DNA from: an uncultured virus (IMG/VR IMGVR_UViG_3300049846_002026)
Taxonomy: Duplodnaviria > Heunggongvirae > Uroviricota > Caudoviricetes
Virus record (IMG/VR): IMGVR_UViG_3300049846_002026
Strand: one strand, 5' to 3'
DNA length: 64,000 nucleotides
The notes beneath the pieces were generated by a model, which was given only the letters and a program-made list of their open reading frames with translations, searched no databases and was not told the DNA's origin. Made by a program: the position numbers and the translations under genes. Each line of letters begins with the position of its first letter. The stretch's first letter is position 1. Below, in pieces: positions 1 to 8,979 of this stretch.

Positions 1-198
1 GCTGTGCAACGTCTGGAGTGCCCGCATGTGCCCACCCTGGACATGCTGTACACGGAGCAGTTGGACGAGCTGGACCGGCTCGAACTGGTGATGGCGCTGG
101 AAACCGAGTTTCGTGTGGAGATTCCGGACGACATCGCAGCTGCCTGGACGTGCGGCAATGACGCCGCCACGTACATCAACACCATCCTTCCGCCCTGA
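1..198 (+). CDS. acyl carrier protein-like protein, probably 5'-truncated; Ser at the phosphopantetheine site replaced by Glu
   Basis: DELDRLELVMALETEFRVEIPDD aligns with ACP [23 protein letters not shown]; frame open from base 1. Confidence 0.75.
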   Translation, partial: AVQRLECPHVPTLDMLYTEQLDELDRLELVMALETEFRVEIPDDIAAAWTCGNDAATYINTILPP

Positions 199-205
199 GG
201 GGCCC

Positions 206-778
206 ATGGCTGACTTCGTACAGTTCCTCATCAATATGTTCGTGATCTGGGTGTTCATCAGCACCGCCGCGCGCCAGGTCATGGAAGTGCGCATGTTCAC
301 CGAAGTGACCAAGACCCCGATCGATCGTGGGTATGTCTGGTTCCTGCGTTTGACCTGTGCGTTCGCCTGCATCGGCATGCTCGCCATGATCCATTCGTTC
401 CGACACGAACGGTACGAACAGGTGTTCAATTTCGGATTCAGTGCGCTCCCCATGTTGTTCATCACCGCGGGCAATGCGCATCGGATCCACCAACTGAAGA
501 CCATGACCGCGCTGTTCGACTATCTGGAAGTCCCCATCCAGGTATACGGCGCCCTGGCCTGGTTCAATGAGTTCGGCACGCGGCAAGGCAAGGTCTGGCT
601 CGAACGTGCGGACACCGACCACAACAATCAACCGCTCAAGGAACCGCAGTGGTTCTGTGGTGGGCCAGGGTTCGCCGGCAACCACACGAGTGGGGGCAAC
701 GCACTGAGCGCCATCCTGGCTGCGAAGACCATCGACGACATGCTGAACCAACCTCCCAAGGCCCCGGAGGCCTCATGA
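206..778 (+). CDS. hypothetical membrane protein
   Basis: ATG 206 after GAGGGG; three hydrophobic segments in N-half. Confidence 0.65.
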   Translation: MADFVQFLINMFVIWVFISTAARQVMEVRMFTEVTKTPIDRGYVWFLRLTCAFACIGMLAMIHSFRHERYEQVFNFGFSALPMLFITAGNAHRIHQLKTMTALFDYLEVPIQVYGALAWFNEFGTRQGKVWLERADTDHNNQPLKEPQWFCGGPGFAGNHTSGGNALSAILAAKTIDDMLNQPPKAPEAS

Positions 779-1125
779 GCACCGCCATGGCAATCTACCT
801 GATCCTGGGTGTACTGACGAGCTACCTGCTCGAACGGTACATGCCGGAGCTCTTCCAGCCACGGATGGTCAAGAGGCCGTTCCACACGGGACAGGTCGTT
901 GGAGTCATCCTGCTCTGGTGGATGGTCGCCATGCTGGTTGGTACGCTCTGGGTGATCCAGCGGGTGCTGCGGCGTACGGACGAACCACCCCCTGTGGCCA
1001 AGGCGCCGAAGCTCGAAGCAGTGGCCAAGGCGCACATGCAGATCGTGCCCACGTATGATCCCATCCGACATCCGCATCGAGACGCACAGCCGATGCGTAT
1101 GACCGGCGATCACACAGGTCCTTGA
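775..1125 (+). CDS. hypothetical membrane protein
   Basis: ATGA overlap with upstream stop; two hydrophobic segments. Confidence 0.6.
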   Translation: MSTAMAIYLILGVLTSYLLERYMPELFQPRMVKRPFHTGQVVGVILLWWMVAMLVGTLWVIQRVLRRTDEPPPVAKAPKLEAVAKAHMQIVPTYDPIRHPHRDAQPMRMTGDHTGP

Positions 1126-2636
1126 TGCTCACCATCCACAATGTGCGACTGGGGCATGCCAATAACTCCAGCTCTTCGCATTCTATCCTGTTGCTGCCCC
1201 CTGGGCAGATCGCAGCAGACCTGCTACAGGATGATCTGCCCGAAGAGTATGGGTTCGGCTGGAGCGAGTTCATCGTTGCCAGTCCCAAAGGCAAGATGTT
1301 CTATCTTGTCGGCATGTTCTACTACAAGCTGGTCAAGGCAGTTGGCGCAAAGTACGCCTACTTGATCTTGAACAGCCTGTTCAATCTGGAAGAACATGGC
1401 GTGACCGAGAAGATGTTCTTGAACGAGGACAAGTTCAGTCCCTACGTGGATCATCAGTCGGCCATCACCATCCCCAGCGAGTTCAAGAATCCGGAAATGC
1501 CGAACCTGGACTTCATCGCAGAACTACACGCCTGGCTGCAACATGAGCGCGTGTATATCCAGGGCGGCAACGACAATGAAGACAAGCCAGAGCCACCGTT
1601 GTCAGGTACGGAGCTGTTGCATCCACTACGGGACTACGCCGGCTTTGGCGAAGTCGTGGCACGTAAAGACCCGCAGGGGTTCTGGACGGTGTACAACAAG
1701 CGCACTGGTGCCAAGCTGCGGTTCAGCTTCGGTGCACCACAGTCGGACGCTACCAAGTCCAGCGTGCCTGAACTGATCGACCTGAAGATCACGAACAAGT
1801 GCCCATTCGGTTGTGCCTATTGCTACCAGGAATCCACGTCAACTGGTGCAACAGCAGCCGAGGGCAAGCCGTTCCTCGTGCATCAGATCTTGACCCAACT
1901 CGCACAGATGGAAGTGTTCGAGGTCGCCATCGGTGGGGGTGAGCCCACCTTGGATGCGCAGTTTCCTAACATCCTCGAAACGCTGAGTGAAAAGGGTGTG
2001 ACCTGCAACTTCACGACCAGGTCAACGCATTGGATAAAGCACCCGGTGTTGTTCGAGCGCATCAGTAAGTTCGCTCGAAGCTTCGCATTCAGCGTGGACA
2101 ATATGGCCAGTCTGCAGAGCTTCCTCGAACACTGGGCGGAGGTGACCAAGGCATACGAGCACATGCATCGGAGCGTCAAGCTGATCCCAGCTGTCCAGTT
2201 GGTGCTGGGCACTTTCCATCCAGACGAGTTCAAACCCATGCTGATCGCCGCAGCGGACGCGAAGGTCCGTGTGACCTTGCTGGGGTTCAAGAACATCGGA
2301 TTCGGGGCCAAGGGTCAACCACATCTGTACCCAGAGTGGCTGCAGGTCATCAAGGACGTACAGAGCACACACTTTGGGCTCGACGTCAGCATCGACACCG
2401 CACTGGCCGCACAGTATGAGGCCGAACTGAAGGAAGCCAAGGTGAGTCCGTGGACGTTCCACATCACGGAGGGTGGCCATTCCTGCTACATCGATCTGGT
2501 CACTGCATCGCTCGGTCCGTCCAGCTACTCGCCACCGGCGGACATGCAGAAGATCTTCTCTCCGCACAACCTGGCGAATCAGTTCGCCAGCATCGCTCCC
2601 ACGGTCCCAGTGACCGCCTATCTCTACAACCCCTGA
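1122..2636 (+). CDS. radical SAM protein with extra N-terminal domain
   Basis: CPFGCAYC (CxxxCxxC) and GGGEPT motifs. Confidence 0.9.
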   Translation: MMLTIHNVRLGHANNSSSSHSILLLPPGQIAADLLQDDLPEEYGFGWSEFIVASPKGKMFYLVGMFYYKLVKAVGAKYAYLILNSLFNLEEHGVTEKMFLNEDKFSPYVDHQSAITIPSEFKNPEMPNLDFIAELHAWLQHERVYIQGGNDNEDKPEPPLSGTELLHPLRDYAGFGEVVARKDPQGFWTVYNKRTGAKLRFSFGAPQSDATKSSVPELIDLKITNKCPFGCAYCYQESTSTGATAAEGKPFLVHQILTQLAQMEVFEVAIGGGEPTLDAQFPNILETLSEKGVTCNFTTRSTHWIKHPVLFERISKFARSFAFSVDNMASLQSFLEHWAEVTKAYEHMHRSVKLIPAVQLVLGTFHPDEFKPMLIAAADAKVRVTLLGFKNIGFGAKGQPHLYPEWLQVIKDVQSTHFGLDVSIDTALAAQYEAELKEAKVSPWTFHITEGGHSCYIDLVTASLGPSSYSPPADMQKIFSPHNLANQFASIAPTVPVTAYLYNP

Positions 2637-2647
2637 GGTATCCAACC

Positions 2648-2959
2648 ATGTTCGTCCGCATCACGACCCCCGACAGCAAGTCCAAGCTCCTCAACGTCAG
2701 CCACATCCGCACCCTGCGCGGCGACAAGTTCATCGTCGACACCGAGAACGGCCAGGTCGATGAGTACGACCCGGAGCTCTACGAAGCCCAGGACGGCGAC
2801 GAGCCGATCGAGGAGCTCAGCGAGAACCAGGTGCTCGTCGTCGGCACGGTCATCGAGACCAGCACCGAGGGCGTGAACATCTACGCCATGGAGCCGGAAC
2901 ACGTGCTCACCGCGGCGATCGTCCAGCTGCGCCCGCTCGTGTTCAGCGTCGCCAACTGA
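2648..2959 (+). CDS. hypothetical protein
   Basis: ATG 2648 after GAGGT; strong G/C third-position bias. Confidence 0.7.
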   Translation: MFVRITTPDSKSKLLNVSHIRTLRGDKFIVDTENGQVDEYDPELYEAQDGDEPIEELSENQVLVVGTVIETSTEGVNIYAMEPEHVLTAAIVQLRPLVFSVAN

Positions 2960-2974
2960 TCGGAACGCGCCTCC

Positions 2975-3007
2975 GCCCCTACGCTGCCCCCGGGGCAGCG
3001 TAGGGGC
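2975..3007. repeat. perfect 16-bp inverted repeat
   Basis: GCCCCTACGCTGCCCC-C-GGGGCAGCGTAGGGGC, intergenic, no U-tract. Confidence 0.9.
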
Positions 3008-3027
3008 TCGGCGACCTCCCTTCCACA

Positions 3028-3411
3028 ATGATCATCCACGCACTGAGTCGGGCAACGATCAACCGCACGCTGCCGAGTGCGCAGCACGTGGTGATCAGTC
3101 TCTACACCCCTGGAGACAAACCGGTTGATCTGCCCGAAGGCTGGGCATTGACTGGTGCTATCGCCGTGGAGGACTCGGACAAGGGGTTTACCGAGTCGGA
3201 CATGAGCAACATCCACATGATGGTGGAGTACGCACGGCAGCGGGACCTGGACCTCATCGTGCAGTGTGACATGGGCGTCAGTCGGTCCGTTGGCGTGGCC
3301 AGGGCCATCAGCGACAGCTATCAGGGGGAGTTCAGGCACCTCTCGCCCGGCAACACGCAACTTCGTACCCAGCTCACGCGCTACTTCATGCGCATGCAAG
3401 GAGTGCTGTAA
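3028..3411 (+). CDS. protein tyrosine/dual-specificity phosphatase-like protein
   Basis: CX5R loop QCDMGVSRS. Confidence 0.75.
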   Translation: MIIHALSRATINRTLPSAQHVVISLYTPGDKPVDLPEGWALTGAIAVEDSDKGFTESDMSNIHMMVEYARQRDLDLIVQCDMGVSRSVGVARAISDSYQGEFRHLSPGNTQLRTQLTRYFMRMQGVL

Positions 3412-3941
3412 TGTCAGCCGAATCGATCCTCATCACCCAGGCACATCCGCTGCATCCCATGTACGAGCAGCACTTCCCGCTGAAGAACAAGACTGCCGGT
3501 ATCGACCTCAGCTATCGGTGCGTCGAGAGTGCGTTCTTGGCCATCTGCTTCAAGAGCACGGACATGCAGCGGACCTTCCAGACGCTGTCTGGCATGGAAG
3601 CACGTGAGACCTACGAGAAAATCGTCACGGGTGATGCTGCCTGGAGCGCAGGCCCAATGGGCTTGCGGGACGATCTCACGGTCACCTCACCCAGTGGGCT
3701 GAATGCCCAGGCTGTTCTCCTGCTCAGGCTCACCAGGCTCAAGGCGGCCCGTGACAGCACGTTCCGTAGCCTGCTCATGGCAGGGAACACGTGCATCTAT
3801 CGGATGGAACCCACCCAGAAGAAGCTGCGCCCATGGCCCAGCGACATGTGGTGGCCGTACTGTCTCGTGGATGTGCGTCTCAAGGCGAACACCGGCGAGC
3901 TCACATTCCCTCCCCTTGACGGTGTCGCCGCCGCACCCTAG
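3411..3941 (+). CDS. divergent NADAR(YbiA)-like protein
   Basis: CVESAFLAICF...EARE...RLKAARDSTFRSLLMAGN resembles the NADAR pattern; weak. Confidence 0.4.
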   Translation: MSAESILITQAHPLHPMYEQHFPLKNKTAGIDLSYRCVESAFLAICFKSTDMQRTFQTLSGMEARETYEKIVTGDAAWSAGPMGLRDDLTVTSPSGLNAQAVLLLRLTRLKAARDSTFRSLLMAGNTCIYRMEPTQKKLRPWPSDMWWPYCLVDVRLKANTGELTFPPLDGVAAAP

Positions 3942-4005
3942 GGTGCGCGGCGGCGCCACCGCCGCGGGGGAGGACTCACCACTCACCCAGGAAGGAGAAC
4001 ACAGC

Positions 4006-4326
4006 ATGATCCTGAGCCGGAAGCAGTTCAAGCAGCTCATGGACCTCAAGGAGGTCGACTGGTCCACGGTGGATGACAACATCCGTCGTGCGTGCCAGGT
4101 GAAGTGCGAGCTGGTGTTGGACAAGCTGCCGAGCATCACGGCCGTGGAAGGCGTGAAGAACGTGCTTGGAGCCAAGTACCTGATCGAGCAGCGCGTGCTG
4201 GAAACCCTCGAAGCGCTGGGCCAGACGATCACCGACGCCCGTCGGGATGAGCTCCTGGTCAGCCGGTTCCTCGAAGGTGACCAGTTCCCGACTGCCCCCA
4301 AGATCGCCGCAACGCTCCACTACTAA
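4006..4326 (+). CDS. hypothetical protein
   Basis: AAGGAG RBS before ATG 4006. Confidence 0.7.
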   Translation: MILSRKQFKQLMDLKEVDWSTVDDNIRRACQVKCELVLDKLPSITAVEGVKNVLGAKYLIEQRVLETLEALGQTITDARRDELLVSRFLEGDQFPTAPKIAATLHY

Positions 4327-4338
4327 CCGGGGATCGCC

Positions 4339-5358
4339 GTGGAAAAAGCCGAAATCGCCGCGTACGTCCGTACCATCCTGACGGAGAAGGCGCGCGACAT
4401 CTACCTGCGCAACCACGAGTTCGATTACTACGGCTGGGTGGCCAAGGCTGTGCCACCTGACCAACAGCACCTGCCGCATGTGGACCGGGGCCATTGGCTC
4501 GGTGCCACGCAGGAAGCTGAAGCACGGCAGTTGGTGGCCGATGCCGAAGACGCCATGGAGAAGGCCCGGGCCGAGCTGGCCGGCCTCAAGCCAGGCGATA
4601 CCACGTACGACGCAGCCAAAGCACTCGTGCAGTGGGCTGCGGACCAGGTCAAGGCCGCGCAGGACCACCTGGGCATCACCCTGGACACGATCCAGAAGGC
4701 CATCGAACGTCGTCGGCAGTTCCGTCTTGACAAGCTGGTGAGTAAGCTGTTCCTTCGCTACTATCACCGCGCCCGTCACATGGAATGGGAGCTGTTCGAC
4801 ACTCGCTTGCCCGCGCAACTCCGGAACTATCTGATGCTGCAGTTCCGTGGGCAGAAGCTGAGCCCCACCGCCATGGTGTTCCTGTGGCTGGTGGTCGAAG
4901 AGAACTTGGATCATGGTGGTGTGTTCCAAGTCAAGGGTCTCGGAGCAACGGACTACCTGGCCCAGCACGCCTTGGCCACATCGTCCCTGGATACGGATGC
5001 TCCGGAAGATCGGCCCACCCGGATGGAAGAAGACTACATCCGCGAACTCCAGCGCCCGGATGCGGTTCCGACCCACGAGAACCTCGATCCGCGCAGCACG
5101 GAGAATGATCACACGTACGATGGTCTCCCGTCCTTGGGTGCCTTGGACGGTAAGCTCGTCGACAAGCACACGTGTCCCACCTGCGGTACGCAGGTTCGCG
5201 ATCGTATCGTCAGCCTTCGTGGTCGGTACTACGGGATCGAGGGCTGCGACAACTACGCCACGAAGTGCCGGTACGAACCGATCACATCGGGCTTCACCAC
5301 CAGGAAGGCCGCCGTTGAGCACCTCGAAATACTCCATGCCCTCGAACGTGCCGGCTGA
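4339..5358 (+). CDS. hypothetical protein, possible C-terminal Zn ribbon
   Basis: 339-aa ORF in gene string; CPTC...C...C. Confidence 0.7.
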   Translation: MEKAEIAAYVRTILTEKARDIYLRNHEFDYYGWVAKAVPPDQQHLPHVDRGHWLGATQEAEARQLVADAEDAMEKARAELAGLKPGDTTYDAAKALVQWAADQVKAAQDHLGITLDTIQKAIERRRQFRLDKLVSKLFLRYYHRARHMEWELFDTRLPAQLRNYLMLQFRGQKLSPTAMVFLWLVVEENLDHGGVFQVKGLGATDYLAQHALATSSLDTDAPEDRPTRMEEDYIRELQRPDAVPTHENLDPRSTENDHTYDGLPSLGALDGKLVDKHTCPTCGTQVRDRIVSLRGRYYGIEGCDNYATKCRYEPITSGFTTRKAAVEHLEILHALERAG

Positions 5359-5650
5359 AGTGGCAGGGCTGCTTGCCGAGATGGAAACGGAGCTGAGCAT
5401 GCTTCGTGGCGTCATCCAAGGCATCGGCATGGAGCTGATGGACATGACGGGGAAGGATCAACGGCTCTTCCACCGGGGCCACCTGGTCTACTACGATATC
5501 GTTCGACAGAGCTACGTGGTGGACCACACCATCCCCATGACTTTCCAGGAGACTTGCGCATTCCTGGAGCTGTCGCCTGACAGTCGGGTTGCAACGCTGA
5601 TCACTCAGCTTCGGCCCATCGCGCCGCCAGCTCTCCAGCTGGTCAAATAG
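5336..5650 (+). CDS. hypothetical protein
   Basis: ORF overlapping upstream stop; start uncertain. Confidence 0.55.
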   Translation: MPSNVPAEVAGLLAEMETELSMLRGVIQGIGMELMDMTGKDQRLFHRGHLVYYDIVRQSYVVDHTIPMTFQETCAFLELSPDSRVATLITQLRPIAPPALQLVK

Positions 5651-5654
5651 TCCC

Positions 5655-5875
5655 TCGTTACGGCAGTCACCGGGCCCAACGGAAGTGCGGGTACTGACTT
5701 GCAGGCATGAACATGCTACCTGTGACGTAACACAGGTGCTCTTCGGAGCTGGACATCAGTATGCTGCGAGGTCAATCGGAATCTGACCTAGGCCAATGTG
5801 ATCCGGCGGCACATCCAGTGTCGTGAGCACCACTAGCAGGCTTTTGCGGTTGGGCCTGACCAAAACCAACCGCCC
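5655..5875 (+). ncRNA. unclassified structured RNA candidate
   Basis: nested helices GCATG/CATGC, ACCTGTG/CACAGGT, GCTC-TTCG-GAGC, GTACTGA/TCAGTAT, AGGTCA/TGACCT, GGCCCAAC/GTTGGGCC. Confidence 0.55.
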
Positions 5876-5898
5876 ACTTGTTCGATGAGTTCGTCAGA

Positions 5899-6021
5899 GG
5901 GCTCTTTACCGCAATCCTCTTCCAAACCGATGGATCGTGGGTTCGAATCCCACCGGGCGTTAGGGTAGTTTGAAACGCACGTAGCCAAGTGGTACGGCAA
6001 TCGACTAGACAAGCGGAGCCC
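5899..6021 (+). ncRNA. Y RNA-like (YrlA-type) RNA with circularly permuted tRNA domain (motif copy 1)
   Basis: terminal helix GGGCTCT/GGAGCCC, TACCGCAA, T-arm GTGGG-TTCGAAT-CCCAC preceding closed acceptor and D-arm TAGCCAAGTGGTACGGC. Confidence 0.75.
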
Positions 6022-6047
6022 GGACGTTCTCATCTCTTTCACTCACC

Positions 6048-6551
6048 ATGACCAGACCAACACCGTTCATCGTAAGCGACACGCACTTCGGTCATAAGCT
6101 GTTGGCTGACAACGTGTTACGCCCATGGTCGGACGTCGACAGCATGAATGAAGCGCTGATCGAACGCTGGAACGCAGTGGTACCACCGACGGCTCGTGTG
6201 TACCACCTCGGCGATGTGGTGATAAACCGCCGCTTCCTCGCACTGCTGCCGCGACTGCATGGCCGTAAGGTGCTCATCAAGGGCAACCACGACATCTTCA
6301 AGCTGTCGGATTACACGGCGCACTTCGACGACATCCGTGCCTACCACATCCTGGGCAACGCGTGGTTGAGCCACGTTCCCTTGCATCCGGCCCACTGTCG
6401 GATGCCGTTCAATGTTCACGGGCATCTGCACGACAAGCTCGTGCTGTTGCCGGACGGGTCACCTGACCCGCGGTACATCAACGTGTGCGTGGAGCACACC
6501 AACTATCGTCCCCTGAGTTGGGACGAGCTGGAGGTTCGGTTACGCGTATGA
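6048..6551 (+). CDS. calcineurin-like metallophosphoesterase
   Basis: SDTHFGH, LGD, KGNHD, HGHLH motifs. Confidence 0.9.
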   Translation: MTRPTPFIVSDTHFGHKLLADNVLRPWSDVDSMNEALIERWNAVVPPTARVYHLGDVVINRRFLALLPRLHGRKVLIKGNHDIFKLSDYTAHFDDIRAYHILGNAWLSHVPLHPAHCRMPFNVHGHLHDKLVLLPDGSPDPRYINVCVEHTNYRPLSWDELEVRLRV

Positions 6552-6997
6552 ACATCTATCTGCTGTCCCACGAGCTCGTCGGTCCGCAGCTCTGGCTGCC
6601 CAACGTGTTCAGCCTGCTCTTCGCCTGCGGCATCGCGTTCGTCTGGTACGAATACCTGTGGGCCGAGGAGTCGGACTACGAAGCGAAGAAGCTGTACAGC
6701 TTCGTCGTCACGGTCACGCTGATCGGCCTGGCCGTCGGGTTCCTGCATCCCCAGGCCACACTGATCTTCGGTGGCCTCGGGCTGACCATCGCGGCCGGCG
6801 CTGTCGGCTTCAACCTGCGCAAGTACACCCAGCGCGTCAAGGGCCGACTGCGGAGCGTGAAGCAGGAGATCACCAGGATCCAGAATGAGCAACGACTCCT
6901 CGCGCAGCGAACCAGCGGGAACATCATCGTGCCGGACGAGAGCCAGTTCAACTGGCGCTGGCGTCTGAAGTACCTGCTCACCACCCCGCTGGACTGA
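6548..6997 (+). CDS. hypothetical membrane protein
   Basis: ATGA overlap; three hydrophobic segments. Confidence 0.65.
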   Translation: MNIYLLSHELVGPQLWLPNVFSLLFACGIAFVWYEYLWAEESDYEAKKLYSFVVTVTLIGLAVGFLHPQATLIFGGLGLTIAAGAVGFNLRKYTQRVKGRLRSVKQEITRIQNEQRLLAQRTSGNIIVPDESQFNWRWRLKYLLTTPLD

Positions 6998-7005
6998 TCA
7001 ACGCA

Positions 7006-7060
7006 GGACTGCATACAGCAACCCTACTTGACTCTGAAAATCAAACCAACTGCAGTCCGT
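7006..7060 (+). ncRNA. ACAGCAA-motif RNA, copy 2
   Basis: GGACTGCA-TACAGCAA...TGCAGTCC-GT. Confidence 0.7.
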
Positions 7061-7072
7061 CCCGCTGTTCTA

Positions 7073-7137
7073 AGGTTACCGTCAGCAACAACGCCAAAGG
7101 GATGTACGGTGATGGGTCCGCAACCCTGGTAGCCTGT
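7073..7137 (+). ncRNA. ACAGCAA-motif RNA, copy 3
   Basis: AGGTTACC-GTCAGCAA...GGTAGCCT-GT. Confidence 0.65.
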
Positions 7138-7171
7138 TCCCAGCAGTTTCAATCCTTCTCTAGGAGTTTAC

Positions 7172-8587
7172 GTGCATCCGTTCGCGAAGGCAATGACCGT
7201 CCAGGCAGCGGTCACGGAGAACGGCATGGTCACCCATGCCGGCTCCGGACATCCGGTACTCGACTTCTTCTTCAAGATGGGTGGAGGTCGTGGCCAGCAG
7301 GACATGGTGTTGCAGGCGTTCCAGCAGGCGTACGCGTACGACAAGCTGCTCGCACTCAAGGCGCTGTTCCATCTGCGCGATGTGCGGGAAGGCATGGGCG
7401 AGCGCCAGCTGTTCCGCACCTGTTTCGCCTGGCTCGCGCAGTACGATCCGGCGATCGCAGCCCACAACCTCGACAACGTCCCGGAGTTCGGTCGGTACGA
7501 TGATCTCATGGCCACCACCGGCACGCCGATCGAAGCCCAGGCGCTGACCAAGTGGACGCAGGCCATCATCAAGGACGACGCCCTGGCGGCCAAGTGGGCG
7601 CCGCGCGAGGGTAAGGAGCACCACGAGTGGGCGCTCAAGCTGCGTCAGGCGCTTCGGATCAACTGGAAGAGCTACCGGCAGCTGCTCGTGTCGGCCAGCC
7701 AGACCGTCGAACAGATCATGTGCGCGGGGAACTGGACCGCCGTGAACTACAACCACGTGCCGAGCCAGGCTGCACTGCGTTACCGCAAGGCGTTCTTCAA
7801 GCGCGACAAGGACCGCTACCTGGAGTACATCAACTCCTTGGCGAGCGGCAAGACCAAGATCAACGCAGCGGCCGTGCACCCGCACGAGATCGCGGCACGC
7901 ATCGCCCTGTACAACCTCAACATCGGCGAAGCGGAGCTCTTGGAGGCGCAGTGGAAGGCGCTGCCCGACCTGGTCAAGAGCGGCGAGAGCTTCCTGCCAA
8001 TCGTGGATGTCAGCGGCTCGATGGCTGGCCAGCCGATGGAAGTGGCGATCGCCCTGGGCATCTACCTCAGCGAGCGTAATCGTGGGGAGTTCAAGAACCA
8101 GATCATCACGTTCAGCGAGCAGCCGCGCTTCTTCCAGCTGGCGGGCGGGCTGCGTGACAAGGTGCTCGCGCTGCGCAGCGCCCCCTGGGGGTACAACACG
8201 AACGTCCAGGCGGTGTTCGACCTGATCCTTCGGCAGGCCCAGATCCATAGCCTGAAGCCCGAAGACATGCCGAACAACCTCATCATCCTGAGCGACATGC
8301 AGTTCGACCAGGCCTGTCCGGACTACAGCCTGACGGCGATGGAGCTCATCCGCCAGAAGTACGCAGCGGTGGGCTATCAGGTTCCCACGATCGTGTTCTG
8401 GAACCTGCGGACCAGCCTGGGCGTGCCAGCCCAGTCCGACGAGTGCAACACACAGCTCGTGAGCGGATTCTCGCCCAACGCCATGAAGGCCGTCCTGGCC
8501 AAGCAGGAGCTGCCGGTGGTCACGCCCATCGACAGCATGCTGGCTGTCCTGCTCAGTCCGCGGTACGAGTCCGTGAGGGTCGAATGA
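7172..8587 (+). CDS. DUF2828 family protein (TROVE/Ro60-like helical domain + vWA)
   Basis: TENG, LRDVREGMGER, FGRYDDL, AAKWAPRE; vWA MIDAS DVSGSM, SDMQFD, FWNL, VSGFSP; AGGAG RBS. Confidence 0.85.
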   Translation: MHPFAKAMTVQAAVTENGMVTHAGSGHPVLDFFFKMGGGRGQQDMVLQAFQQAYAYDKLLALKALFHLRDVREGMGERQLFRTCFAWLAQYDPAIAAHNLDNVPEFGRYDDLMATTGTPIEAQALTKWTQAIIKDDALAAKWAPREGKEHHEWALKLRQALRINWKSYRQLLVSASQTVEQIMCAGNWTAVNYNHVPSQAALRYRKAFFKRDKDRYLEYINSLASGKTKINAAAVHPHEIAARIALYNLNIGEAELLEAQWKALPDLVKSGESFLPIVDVSGSMAGQPMEVAIALGIYLSERNRGEFKNQIITFSEQPRFFQLAGGLRDKVLALRSAPWGYNTNVQAVFDLILRQAQIHSLKPEDMPNNLIILSDMQFDQACPDYSLTAMELIRQKYAAVGYQVPTIVFWNLRTSLGVPAQSDECNTQLVSGFSPNAMKAVLAKQELPVVTPIDSMLAVLLSPRYESVRVE

Positions 8588-8979
8588 GCGACGTCGCCCT
8601 CGCTTTCCTGCAGCCCGAGCCCAAGGAACCGCTGTTGGCGCAGCAGTCGCCCTCGGTTCGGCCTCCGGGCACCCCATTCCGCGCCTGGGTCTTCTACGGT
8701 AAGACCCAGAGCACGGAGCATGCCACCCTGAGCGATGACGATCTCGCGCTGGCGATGTCGGACTTCCCCAAGTTCGTGGCCACCAAGAAGCTCTACGGCG
8801 GTGAGCGGTACATCAAGCTGCCGGGCGGTGGTAGGTTCTGCGTCAAGGTCGACGACTTCCACGGCTGCTTGAGCTCCCCCCACGGCGAGTCCAAGACCGC
8901 GGCGGACTTCAACAGCCTGTTCGGCCCATGGCGTCTGGAGACCATCGTGATCTCGGTGCCCATCCGGGTGAGCAAATGA
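8584..8979 (+). CDS. hypothetical protein
   Basis: ATGA overlap with DUF2828 stop. Confidence 0.6.
   Translation: MSDVALAFLQPEPKEPLLAQQSPSVRPPGTPFRAWVFYGKTQSTEHATLSDDDLALAMSDFPKFVATKKLYGGERYIKLPGGGRFCVKVDDFHGCLSSPHGESKTAADFNSLFGPWRLETIVISVPIRVSK

Noticed and set aside
5899..6021. Ordinary tRNA, or attP/attB half-tRNA remnant
   Set aside because: Both halves are present in swapped order inside a motif-bearing helix shared with other copies; no integrase in the window.
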